A model generated the notes under the pieces. The model was given only the letters and a program-made list of their open reading frames with translations, made no database searches and was not told the DNA's origin. The translations under genes were made by a program, and so were the position numbers. Shown piece after piece: positions 11,582-23,013 of a DNA stretch of 64,000 nt. Numbering within the stretch: the first letter of the stretch is position 1; each line of letters begins with the position of its first letter. Origin of the DNA: Chrysemys picta bellii (lineage: Eukaryota); NCBI RefSeq assembly GCF_011386835.1, contig NC_088794.1, positions 6,200,001-6,264,000 on the forward strand. The letters run 5' to 3'.

Positions 11582-12520
11582 TCACTGAGAATCAATCATC
11601 CTGTCTAACATCCTCGTAAAGGCCTTTTTCACCTCCATGTTCCTCAGGCTGTAGATCAGGGGGTTCAACATGGGGATCACCAGGGTATAAAATAAAGAAA
11701 TGATTTTGTCCTGATCCATGAGGTACTTTGAACTGGGCCGTAAATACATGAAACATCCTGTTCCGTAGAAGATGGTGATGGCTGCCAGGTGGGAGGCGCA
11801 GGTGGAGAAGGCTTTGCATTGGCCCAGGGCAGAGTTGATCCTTAGGATAGCAACCAGAATGTATATGTAGGAGATGAGGATGATCAAGATAGTAGGTGTT
11901 ACCACCACAGCAGTACAGGTAAAATGAACAATGTCTGCAATGCGGGTGTCAGAACAGGACAACTTCAGGAGGGGGGGCACATCACAGAAGAAATGGTTGA
12001 TGATGTTTGATCCACAGAAGGACAAACGGAATATAAATAGAGTCTGAACTGTTGCATTTACCCAGCTGGCTAGGTACGACCCCAGCACCAGCAGCACGCA
12101 GAACCGCTTGGACATGATGACGGTGTACAGCAATGGGCTGCAGATGGCTGTGAAGCGATCATACGCCATCACCCCCAACAGGCAGCACTCACAGGACACA
12201 GCAATGCAGAAGAAGTAGAACTGCAGAGCGCACCCAGTGAATGTAATTGCTTTGCTCTCCACTGCAAAGGCCATCAGTGTCTGGGGAGCGATGACGGTGG
12301 AGTATCCCGCATCTAAGAGGGCCAGGTTACTGAGGAAAAAGTACATGGGGGTGTGAAGCCGGGACTCAATCCTGACTAAAGTGACCATCCCGAGATTCCC
12401 CACCAGGATGAGCAAGTAGATGAACAGAAACACCACAAAGAGCATGACTCTCAGGTGCTGGTTGTCCGTGAATCCCAACAAGATGAACTCCGTCACGGTG
12501 GTGTGATTCCCCTTCAACAT
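11582..12520 (-). CDS. Olfactory receptor, OR5-like (class II), 312 aa, intact single-exon CDS
   Basis: Motifs GN (TM1), [49 protein letters not shown]; N-glycosylation site NHT. Confidence 0.97.
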   Translation of the reverse strand: MLKGNHTTVTEFILLGFTDNQHLRVMLFVVFLFIYLLILVGNLGMVTLVRIESRLHTPMYFFLSNLALLDAGYSTVIAPQTLMAFAVESKAITFTGCALQFYFFCIAVSCECCLLGVMAYDRFTAICSPLLYTVIMSKRFCVLLVLGSYLASWVNATVQTLFIFRLSFCGSNIINHFFCDVPPLLKLSCSDTRIADIVHFTCTAVVVTPTILIILISYIYILVAILRINSALGQCKAFSTCASHLAAITIFYGTGCFMYLRPSSKYLMDQDKIISLFYTLVIPMLNPLIYSLRNMEVKKAFTRMLDRMIDSQ

Positions 12521-12917
12521 TTATCCCAGATGTGCTGTTCCCCACAAGGGAGAAAGCGAGCATTACATGGAAAGAAGAGACAAATAAAGGCTGAGTATCA
12601 ATTCCTTGGGGTCATTCTGATCATATACCATGTGGTTCTCTGGTGAGATCTAACAGAGGTTTAAGACTCCATTATGGGTTTTGAACTAACAGCCATGGGT
12701 CTCTTAGCTCAGGCGGTAGGAAAAAGAAAGAACTTTCTCCCAGCAGAGAGCTGGCCGGCCACGAAATGTCTGTACCTACTGTGGGCAGATTTGTGGTTCC
12801 AGGATCGGATTCCTGAGTCATCTCAGGGCCCATATGTAAATCCGTGGTAGAGATCAGCCTCGAATCGAGGGATCGCCAATGAATGATCGGGCGGTAGAGG
12901 CTTATATTCTACTAGAT

Positions 12918-13041
12918 AGCAAAAAGAACGAGGAGTACTTGTGGCACCTTAGAGACTAACACATTTATTTGAGCTAAGGTGCCACAAGTACTCCTTGTTC
13001 TTTTTGCTGATGCAGACTAACATGGCTACCCCTCTGAAACC
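12918..13041. mobile_element. Older Penelope-like hairpin insertion shared by both arms
   Basis: 12-bp TSD attctactagat (12906-12917 / 13042-13053); same family core ggagtacttgtggcaccttagagactaac. Confidence 0.8.
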
Positions 13042-13053
13042 ATTCTACTAGAT

Positions 13054-13364
13054 CGGGGTCGGCAACCTTTCAGAAGTGGTGTGCTGAGTCTTCATTTATT
13101 CACTCTAATTTAAGGGTCCGCGTGCCAGTAATACACGTTAACGTTTTTAGAAGGTCTCTTTCTATAAATCTATAATATATAACTAAACTATTGTTGTATG
13201 TAAAATAAATGTGGTTTTTAAAATGTTTAAGACGCTTCATTTAAAATTAAATTAAAATGCAGAGCCCCCCCGGACTGGTGGCCAGGACCTGGGCAGTGTG
13301 AGTGCCACTGAAAATCAGCTCGCGTGCCGCCTTCAGCACACGGGCCATAGGTTGCCTACCCCTG
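13054..13364. mobile_element. Non-autonomous hAT-type element (mirror 39361-39672)
   Basis: Termini c(a)ggggtcggcaac...gttgcctacccctg; approximate 8-bp TSD tactaga(t/g). Confidence 0.75.
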
Positions 13365-16300
13365 TACAAGAGAGAAGTCCCATATTCAGTGCTGACTGTC
13401 AAGAGCTCACCGAGTGCTGGTTCCTTACAATATAATGTATTATGACTAGATTCACATACAGTTACCCAGGTTGATTAATTCCACCCCTGGCCAGTGGTAC
13501 TCTGTGCACAGCAAGCTATTAAGGTGAGGATATAGGACATAGGTGCTCGTCCACTTTCTTTTATGGGGCCAGGCTAGTAGTTTCATACAATAAGGTACGT
13601 GGCAGGCAGGCAGAATTGTAGGAAAGGGATCCGTAGTCACCATACTGAGTTGCCAGAGTTACTCGATGAGCTTCTAGAGTATGTGTACCAGTAGCCTGGC
13701 CCCTTGTTTGTACTTCAGAGCGTCTGATGTCAAACACAATTAACTCCCTCCTAAAATTTTACCCTATTTCTCCTGTTCCACTCCTTATACCGGGGGCTGG
13801 ACCTATCAGGCTATAGAATCATTCTCGAACTCTTTTTGGCCAATTGTCCGTTTAAGTATTTGTATGCAGTGGAACAGCTTCATTTGGAGAAACTGGAGGA
13901 GCCCTGATCAGAATACCCCATAGCCCAGTGGTTGGGGCACTCTCTAAAGAGATGAGAGACCAACGTTTAAATGTTTTATCCCCACAAAACTGGTGGGGGG
14001 GGAGGGATTGAACTTGGGTCTCCCACACCCTGGATGACTGCTCTTACCACCAGAATAAAAGTTAGAAGGTTGGTGATGCCAGCATGAGCACCAACACTTC
14101 CTTCCCTTGCATTTCTCAAAAGAAGCAACTTAGGTGCCGTTCTACAGGACTGTCCTCCTGCCCATTGATCACAAGCAGTCGGGACTCAGGTGCTGAACTC
14201 CTGAGGGACAGCGCTTAGGGCATTCTCCCATTGGCGAGCTCCCCACTCAGCATGCTGGCTTTTATGGACCCCATTCCTAGTCAGCTTTCTCTCCTCCCCC
14301 TCCCCCCATGGCATAGGGAGCCCAGGGTCCTAACTCATGTTTTGTGAATCCTGGAAATTTTCTAGGGACCTAAAAGTTAGGCAGTATAACACTGAGCATT
14401 CCAATGCCTAAGTCCCTTGGTGAATCTGGCGTTACACATTTTCTTTATTGGTTTAAATTAGAGCTCATTAGAAAAGGAAATTTCCATTCCATGGTTAAAT
14501 CCAAATTCTGAAATTCCAAATACGAATGAAATGTTGACATTTCAAACTTTGCCCTGGAATGGAAATTCCGAACAAGAATTTCAGTTCAGAAACATTGAAA
14601 AGATATTTTTTCTGTAATTTTAAAACAATAATGTAAAGTAATGTATTTAATATAATATAGACGATTACATTAAAGTTTTAATATAATATAAAAGTAAATA
14701 TGAAATAAAACAATACGATAGACTCAAAATGAAACATTTTTACCTTATCAGAGCAAAACATTTGGACATTATCAAAACAAAATGAGAAAGTAAGACATAT
14801 TCTGGTTAGACATCTTCCCATCCAAAATGTAATCAAAATCAATGCATTCCTGCAAAATGTTATTTTTTTGTCAATTTTGCATTTTCTGACAGAATTGTTC
14901 CATCAAAATTGTTTTGACCATCGCTAGTTTTGGTGTTTCTAAAGATTGTTTTTCAGGATATATATCAATGGGGAAGGAGTTAGACTGATGGCTTTTGAAA
15001 GTGCATCTCCTACGCCATGCACCAGAACACGCACTGGCTGTGACAATGGGAGGTTTCCCTAAAACACTGCTCCCCTCTTTCAGCAGTCTGCGCGTGTGAC
15101 TAGTCCCACATCTAGAGGATATAAATCTAGGAACTAGATGGGGGGGAGTGGGAGTTGCTGATTCGGCTGTGGATAAAGAACGATGAGTCAGATGCTCAGG
15201 TAGCATGAATGGGAATCGACTTCCGTGGATCTACATTGACCGACACCAGCTGAGGATCCAGTGTTCTTAGAATATCTACCTCCAGAATAGTCCATCACCT
15301 GCACCGCATCACTGCACATAATTAATGAAACAATCCACATCCTTGATCTCCCCCAGACACACGTGGCAAATATACCGATTGGACACATTTCTTTACAATC
15401 AAAATACATTTTCAAAAAAATAGAAATAAAAGTTTTAATACTCTGAGACGCCCTCTATTTTGCAGTATGTTATTCTTACCTAAGTAATCGCTTCCCTTTC
15501 TCAGAATGCGAGCGACATGGGCATCATTTCCCTTGTCACTGCTTATTCTGCAACAGAAAAAAACAATATAAATGTGCTGTTCAGATAATCAGGACTCTGA
15601 TTTCAGTGAGTCTGATCTCCACGTGAATTAGCTCTAAATGACAATTGTATCCACATGTCGGAACCAAAGGAGAAAATTTATACCATCTCCTTTGGAGCTT
15701 AAACGACAAACCTACAAGAGGGAGATGTCTGATGTTCTTGATCCCAAAGGGGATTGTTTTTGGAGGTCGGAGGGGTTGTTTATATTTGTTTTGGTGGCAT
15801 ATTGGGACAGAATCCTTGGAGTACTGCCGAGTCTGAACATGAGGCCAGGCACAGGTGGGATTATTAGAACATCTTTCATGTCCCCTGGGAATAATTCCAC
15901 ATAATTGTGTTGCCTACAAAACCTGTGCAAACTCCCTGGGGATTCTTTTATCTCTTTTTTCAAAGTGAACCAGCTATTTTTCTCAGGCAGGAACCTGAAC
16001 AATCCCTCCAGTGGCTAGAACACTAGCCTGATACTCAGGAGACATGGTCATTTCCTTTCTCCATCACAGTCTTCCTGTGTGACGTAGGGCAAACCACTTA
16101 GTCTTTCTGTTCCTGCAAACTGGGGATATTAACGCTTCCCTACCTCACAAGGATGTTGTGAGGATAAATATATTAAAGCTTCTGAGATACTCTGGTGATG
16201 GGGCCATATAAATAGAGCTGAGCCAATAACTGATTTTTCACTCGTACACCTTGCAGGCTTCCAGTTCTCAGCTAGAGAGAGAGACAAGGTGGGTGAGGTA

Positions 16301-16519
16301 ATAGCTTTTATTGGACCAACTTCTGTTGGTGAGAGAGAGACCAGCTTTTGAGCATACACAGAGCTCTTCCTCAGGCCCTGGAAGGAACCAAACCCCTTTC
16401 CCACCACCGCCGGGAGGCAATGTAAATATTTATTAAAAAAAAAACACAACAGTACTACCTGGATCTTACCATTATTAGCCTCCAGTCCTTCCTGGGAACT
16501 GAAAATGTTGTCTGAGCTG

Positions 16520-16730
16520 GTCAGGTATCGCCAGCTTCCCCAGGGCAGTAACTATTTGCTTTGGCATTGGCCTGGCTTTCCTAAATCGAGGCTTGTGGCA
16601 CTCGAGGGTTGGGGTGATCTCATCACACATTCTGAAGTTCTGAAGCCATCGTTCGTCATCCCAGTTATCCAAAATCATGCAATCTCACGACACCATGCTG
16701 GTTCTCCTGGACCAGAAGTGGCAGTCCATC
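16520..16730 (-). mobile_element. PIF/Harbinger transposase remnant
   Basis: HFWSRRTS...WDDERWLQNFRM...IVTALGKLAIPD matches the N-terminal region of HARBI1-like transposases; agtgtagacgtagcc terminus at ~18021-18035. Confidence 0.75.
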
Positions 16731-17000
16731 CATGGGCATACCTTGGCAATACTGGCAGTCACCATATCTGTTCCATGGGGCCAGAGGAGTTTGTCAGTCA
16801 CCCATCATGGTCAGCCATCTTCGTCATGTCAGAAAGTTCTGTCCAGATTCCACCCAGCATCTTGCCAATTGCCCACCCCACCGCATGAACACTCGTCCCT
16901 CAAGAAGGAGTGTTAGGAGTGCGAGTGCCAATGTAGGATACTGGCTTGTATTTTCGCCTGAAATAGTATTTTAAGTTTTGTTTGCCTGTTTGATTTTTTG

Positions 17001-17019
17001 ATATATATATATATATATA

Positions 17020-17062
<43 letters not shown>
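17001..17062. repeat. Compound (TA)n(CA)n microsatellite (mirror 36446-36498)
   Basis: Direct reading. Confidence 0.97.
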
Positions 17063-17064
<2 letters not shown>

Positions 17065-17149
17065 TCTTACTAATATGTGTGAATAAAGGGACCCTTACTA
17101 AGGACAAAGACAGACACCATGTATGCTGCTTTTGCCTAAGTCAGATGGG

Positions 17150-17677
17150 TTTGTTAGTATAATGGGAACAGAGAAGAGCAGTAAAAGTGTTACTGGGCAT
17201 GGTGGGAGTGTAATATATGAGCACACCCTTGAAGACTGCCTCAAGTCCTATCTCAAGGCAAGGTCAAGCAACCAGTTGGGAAGGGCAAAGGGTGATTGGG
17301 GGGAATGTAAAACACTAAAAGGCCAGAGATATGCCTGCCCCTGACTGTAGCACAACCTCACTCCTTACCCCTCCCCTGGGGCACAAAAGGGGTGGGATGA
17401 AGACCCCCAGACACACGACCTTCCGAAACGGAGCGTGACCATAAGTTGTAAGGGGTGGGATGGTGGGCGTGCATTGCAGGTATCATTATACCTACCGAGA
17501 AGGTGGGGAACGGGACACTGGGAAACAAGGTTCTGTGATCTCAGAGTTATGGGACATGTTTGCTGGAAACTAAACCCAATAAACATTGCATTATCTGCAC
17601 TTCGGACTTCTGGTCAGCTTTCTGTCTGCATAACGAGAACCGGGGGAGTGAGAGGGTGAAGAGAAAACCTGATAACA
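17150..17677 (+). mobile_element. LTR-like element (mirror ~35833-36360)
   Basis: AATAAA at ~17578 and a 3' end ...gataaca; 5' boundary and TSD not resolved. Confidence 0.5.
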
Positions 17678-18314
17678 AGGAGCTGGAGCAGAACCACCAT
17701 CATTCCATGTCTTCCACCCAGTGTGGCCAGAGGGAGAGATGAGCGGGTACTGCCATGGGCAAATGCGTAAAAGGGATGGGCCGTGGCAACTGCACTCAGA
17801 TAGGTAGTTCCTAGAGTGTCTCCTGTGAGGCACAGAACCCTGGGATACTGCCTCTGAAGTGGTAGCGCTGCTCTGGCAGAACAAAAGTGGCAGTGTGGAT
17901 GCAGGTATGTGGTCTACACAGGGTTTTACCGCTCTCCAGCACAGTATATGTGGACACTACACGCAGGTCTGAGGAATATGCAGGAGCATGTACACAGTCA
18001 GCTATCCAAGTGTGCACGGAAGTGTAGACGTAGCCAAAGGAGGGGTATTCCCAAAGCACAAAGGTGAGTTAAGCACTCACCTCCCAATGAGCATCTGTGG
18101 GAACTAGGAATCTAACAGCCCTTTTGTGCCTTTGAGCCTCAGTAGCACCTAAATGTTGGACTTATACATCTCAAATGGCAAATAGTGACCTGACGGGCCT
18201 TTGTGGGTGTAGTTGAAACGTCTTAACGTTCTCTGACCCAAAATTCTGTGAACATCATCTTTGAACACATCTGGGGAGAGACTGTATGGCTGTCCATTGT
18301 ATCCAGCAATGACA

Positions 18315-18617
18315 TCATGGCATCTCGTATGCTCCCTTGTGGCTGTAAAGCCCGATCTGCGAGGAGCAAGATTCTAAATGGATGTCACTTAGAAATATGC
18401 AGGCTCCCGATGAAGACTTGGCATGATGCTTGACCATTTTTTCAATCAGTTTTTCTTGTGCGTCTTTCTCAAACTGTTTGATAGTTGTTGTCCTTTCAGG
18501 TCTCTCCTGGGCTGTGTCTTCAAACTTATCTATATTTATGTTACATGAGTTGAGATTCTGTTCTAGGTTGTCTTTGAAGCATTTGTGTTGACCACCTTGC
18601 TTGTGCTTTCCAAGTTC
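18315..18617 (-). mobile_element. RTE-clade LINE ORF2 C-terminal remnant
   Basis: Stop-free 100 codons ELGKHKQGGQHKCFKDNLEQNLNSCNINIDKFEDTA...SCSSQIGLYSH, resembling the RTE GKR..GGQ.KRFKD and SRIGLYSH motifs. Confidence 0.75.
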
Positions 18618-19834
18618 CCTAATCCTGCAAACACATGTGCATGTGCTTAATTTTACTCATACGAGTAGTCCAATTGACGTCAAAGGGATTACTCACATGC
18701 GTAAATTGAAGCACTCACATAAGAATGCCCAGGACTGGGATCTATGGTACTGAACTAATATGCCCTGGAGTCCATGGAAAGACTCCATTGAGTCAAATGG
18801 TCAATGCTCAGGCCCTTAATGAATGACAACGGGGCTGGTATAGTTTTTTCAGATTGATTTTAATGAGAAGGGGCAGCTATTTTTTTATACACAGCTGTTC
18901 TCCGGGAGGAGGTGCCCCCGTACAAACTATCTCGGCTAATTTCTTAACTCTAGTTAAACTACAAATATGTTTACTTATTCATTACCCTGGTAGAGCAAGT
19001 GTTAATACTGACATTATATCTGTGTAATGAGTCATATGTTGTTTTCCTAACTATTCCCAATACGTTTTCTTGCCTAATTAGATAATGACAGAATTGCTCA
19101 AAAAACAATGTTTTAATGAGGCCCACAGCAGTTTATTATAATCCATAATAATGGATGCTTTCTACAAAGTTCTCCTAACTTTGGGGAATTATGTCAACAT
19201 GAACATTACTGGCAAACCAGTGCTGGACAATAGCATTTACTCTTTTTCCCTTTTTTCCCCTTTCAATATCTTCACTTTCAGGCCAAATTCATCTCTGGCA
19301 TCATTCTTTTGTGCCAGAGCTACATTTGGCCCATTGTGTCCAAAGTCATGACAAATCAAACCAGGTCACTGCGGGCGTGAGTCTATGATCCTTGCTCACA
19401 TTGACTGGTACTTACTCATACCAGTAGCCTCAGTGAGATCAAGTACTACTCGGTGCAAGTAAAACAAGATAGACTTAGGTTCCAAATAAACTAAAAAAGA
19501 ATTTTAATACACACAAGACAGACAAGAAGGGGCTTTATCCGATACATAGCAATATGTTAGGGCATCTCGAAACTATAGGCTCAATTCTGATGTCCTTACA
19601 CTGACTAGCCTCTTACTCTGAGATTGGTCTCATTGACTTCCACAGGACTACCTGCTGAAAAAGTGTGGGTAAGGGTATCAAAATCTGCCATTAAAAAGGC
19701 AAAAAACGATGTTAGGGAAATACCCAGAATCTCCTATTTAATCTGGAAAAAACAGTGCAGTCCTCAGAGTGTTTTACGTCAATGCAACATTAATATAAAT
19801 CAGTGTCGAAACTGATGGTTACATGAAACACAAT

Positions 19835-20060
19835 TGGCCAGTGTGAATCAGCATCACTCCACTGATGTCAATGGGCCAGAAACCCCAGCTAACGTAACTC
19901 GATGGAGTGCCACGTCCATCCAGGTGGCTGTATCTCCCGCGGGTGTGAATCAGCATCACTCCACTGATGTCAATGGGCCAGAAACCCCAGCTAACGTAAC
20001 TCGATGGAGGGCCACGTCCATCCAGGTGGCTGTATCTCCCGCGGGTGTGAATCAGCTTTG
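19835..20060. repeat. 102-bp tandem repeat, 2 units plus partial (left arm)
   Basis: Unit repeats at 102-bp spacing; visible as a 34-aa repeat in the ORF track. Confidence 0.95.
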
Positions 20061-20432
20061 CTTCACTGAAATCAATGGCGCTCCCAGTGGTGTAAGCTAG
20101 CATCACTCTAGTGCGATCCACGGGGCCAGATCCCCTGCGGGTGAAAATCAGCATTAGCTCCATTGGCGCGTTTAACCCCCAGCTTTAGTAAATAGGTGGA
20201 GCTCTGCTGATGTCATTGGACCAGAACCATAACTGGTCAAAATTGGTGTCATTCCATTGAAGTCAATGTGGCTTCATACATTTATACAAGAAGAGGATCT
20301 GGCCCTTATGCTCACAGGATTTCCCAAAGCACATAAATGACTTAGGGGCACAAGCCTCTTATTGGGGCAGCCGTCTGGCTCGTTTTACCCAGTTGGCAGA
20401 TCATGTCCTTAACTTGTAACCTGGTATAGATA

Positions 20433-20629
20433 TGTAACCCACACACCTCCTGGGTGTGGTGCTCTGTCCCATCTGGTGGCCCTGAGACCACTTAGAGAGA
20501 GATTAATGAGTGTGCCCTACGGCCTTAGTTAAGAGCCATGTGGCTTTTAGCTCATGTGGTAGAGGCTCATGCACTAAGCTGCAAAGGTCCTAGGTTCGAT
20601 CCTGTCTACCAAGGTCTGTCAGTGTTACA
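20433..20629 (+). mobile_element. 197-bp solo LTR containing a tRNA-like Pol III cassette (TRIM-like)
   Basis: TGTAAC...GTTACA termini, 4-bp TSD gata, internal box A-like tagctcatgtgg and box B-like ggttcgatcct. Confidence 0.75.
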
Positions 20630-20799
20630 GATACACATCAAATTATGCATCCACAGGGGCAAGTGTGAATTGTCTTATGTTAACAGCTTCCCAACCTTAA
20701 CGCTAGCCATAACCCTGCAGAGTGTGGGGAAGCTCTGGGGCAGACTCTTGTTCCAAGACTGAACTAACCTGTAGAAGTTACCGGTTCCCCTCCGTCTCA

Positions 20800-21270
20800 G
20801 AAACATAGGGATTGCCAGACAGGATCAGACACAAGGTCTATCTAGTCTAATAGCCTGTCTATGACAGTGCCTTATACCAGATGCTTCTAAGGAAAGGTAA
20901 GAGCCTAACAGAAGGCAGATGTGGGAGAATCTGCCCCCAACATTAGGTCTCCTCCTAATCTCCAATAGTTAGAGATTAGTTTAAACCTTCAAGCATGAGA
21001 TTTAATCTCTCTCCCAAAAGTATTTTCTTTAATTATAACTCTTGATATTCTGCATGTGCATATCAATATCCTATCCCTTTTTGAACCTCACTAAATTCTT
21101 GATCACAATTACTTCTTGTGGCAATGAGTTCCCTAGAATAATCGTACATTTTGTGAAAATTGATTTCCTTGTCTTGATTTTGAATTTCCTAACTTTTAAT
21201 TTGATTGATTTTTCTCCTGTTCTTGTGTTATGAGACCGGAGAAGAGATGTTCTTGATCTACCTTCTATAG
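20800..21270 (-). mobile_element. Old CR1-type 3' fragment (mirror ~32145-32615; related piece ~23395-23600)
   Basis: Degenerate RTGEKSIKLK...RKSIFTKCTIILGNSLPQEV, resembling the CR1 C-terminus. Confidence 0.7.
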
Positions 21271-21640
21271 ACAATTCAGTCTCCACCAATTGGAGAATGA
21301 AAACAATGGTATATTAGGCAATGGTCTGTTTCCTTCTTGGCATGTTGTCAGCGGCCCATGCAGTGGTTATTCTGACGTTGTTTAATCAGTTCTCCCTAAG
21401 AATCATCTGCATTGTCAACTTTGTCCATTACCCTCCTTGACTTTTTATAGGTCCATATCTGAGTCTGCACTGGAATCAGAGTGAATTTCACATGATCTAC
21501 GAGTTTTATGGAAATATTTTCCACATACCAACCCCTGAGTTCTCTCTCTGATCCCACATGATTGAGATGTGCTGTTCTCTGCAGTCCTGGCCTCCTTAAA
21601 ATTCTGTAACGGTAGTGCTGGAATTGAGATTCTGTGATCT

Positions 21641-22140
21641 NNNNNNNNNNNNNNNNNNNNNNNNNNNNNNNNNNNNNNNNNNNNNNNNNNNNNNNNNNNN
21701 NNNNNNNNNNNNNNNNNNNNNNNNNNNNNNNNNNNNNNNNNNNNNNNNNNNNNNNNNNNNNNNNNNNNNNNNNNNNNNNNNNNNNNNNNNNNNNNNNNNN
21801 NNNNNNNNNNNNNNNNNNNNNNNNNNNNNNNNNNNNNNNNNNNNNNNNNNNNNNNNNNNNNNNNNNNNNNNNNNNNNNNNNNNNNNNNNNNNNNNNNNNN
21901 NNNNNNNNNNNNNNNNNNNNNNNNNNNNNNNNNNNNNNNNNNNNNNNNNNNNNNNNNNNNNNNNNNNNNNNNNNNNNNNNNNNNNNNNNNNNNNNNNNNN
22001 NNNNNNNNNNNNNNNNNNNNNNNNNNNNNNNNNNNNNNNNNNNNNNNNNNNNNNNNNNNNNNNNNNNNNNNNNNNNNNNNNNNNNNNNNNNNNNNNNNNN
22101 NNNNNNNNNNNNNNNNNNNNNNNNNNNNNNNNNNNNNNNN
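21641..22140. other. Assembly gap (500 N)
   Basis: Run of N. Confidence 1.
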
Positions 22141-22492
22141 CCAAGACAGATTCCCGGGAGTTTTCAGATCTCTTGATGACAGAATCGCACAATTAAGTAA
22201 CTAAGACTCACGTTGCAGCCAGACATTTTGAGTACAGAATAATTGCCCTCAGATCTATTGTTCTGATGGGAGCGGGGGTGCGAGAAGAGATTTTTACTCA
22301 CATGCCCACTATTTCTATTCCTGTTTTCTTGCACAAGGATCATTGATCTTCCACATTTGGGTGGAAGGAGGCCCAAAATAAAGCTCCAATTTCTGATTCT
22401 AGTCTATATGGACTTACATCACCATCATATCTGAGCATCGACCAGCAGTGTATTAAGTGACATGATCATTTGTTCTCACTTCTTCTCCCCAT

Positions 22493-23013
22493 TGTTCCTG
22501 GGGGAATTCTGTACCATTGCACAATGCAGAATTCACACCACATTAACATTCTGTGCAGAATTTCCTCCCTTTCCCCCAGATTTGGCATTGCAGAGCTGCT
22601 GGCTGCCACTAGGGGCCGCTGGACCCAGCAGAGTCCAGCTCCCAGCTTGCACATAGGAGATGCTGCCAGGGTAGGGAAATGGAGATGAAGGGCTCCTGGC
22701 ACACGCTGAAAGGAGGAGGTGACATGCAGGAAACTCCATACAAGCACAGGGCCCAGCATCAGGTTGTTTCTCCCTCTGGCTCCCTGGACTTTGGAATGGG
22801 AGGGGTGTGAGTGTCTGGGCTTGGAAGGCTGCAGCTGGGCTCTGGGGGATGGCAGGGGGTGCAGGTGTCTGGGCTGGGGGGCCCTGTGGCTGGCAGGTGT
22901 TTTGAAAAATTACCAAAATAATTGAAACCGGTGTGATTATATAGTGTTATTGTGACAAATTAAATACGCAGAATTTAAAAATATTGTTTTGTTGCAGAAT
23001 TCCCCCAGGAGTA
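22493..23013. mobile_element. Non-autonomous TIR DNA transposon with 6-bp TSD
   Basis: Perfect 16-bp inverted repeat tcctgggggaattctg (22496-22511) / cagaattcccccagga (22995-23010); ccccat on both flanks. Confidence 0.8.

Larger units (their letters stand above)
1..21640. repeat. Left arm of giant inverted segmental duplication (runs off window start, ends at N gap)
   Basis: Base 1 pairs with 50782 (cgcaggtggagaaggtcttg / caagaccttctccacctgcg); base 21640 pairs with 31774 (gattctgtgatct / agatcacagaatc). Dozens of ORF-track entries occur as mirrored near-identical pairs. Confidence 0.97.

Noticed and set aside
15638-16002. ORFs of 88 and 96 aa as exons of a host gene
   Set aside because: No recognisable motif, and half the region is deleted in the other arm.
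20540-20610. tRNA gene
   Set aside because: Acceptor and anticodon stems do not pair convincingly; embedded in an LTR-like unit with TSD. The same applies to the SINE head at 4690-4759.
21596-22196. Three long ORFs of 180-198 aa
   Set aside because: Artefacts of translating the N gap.
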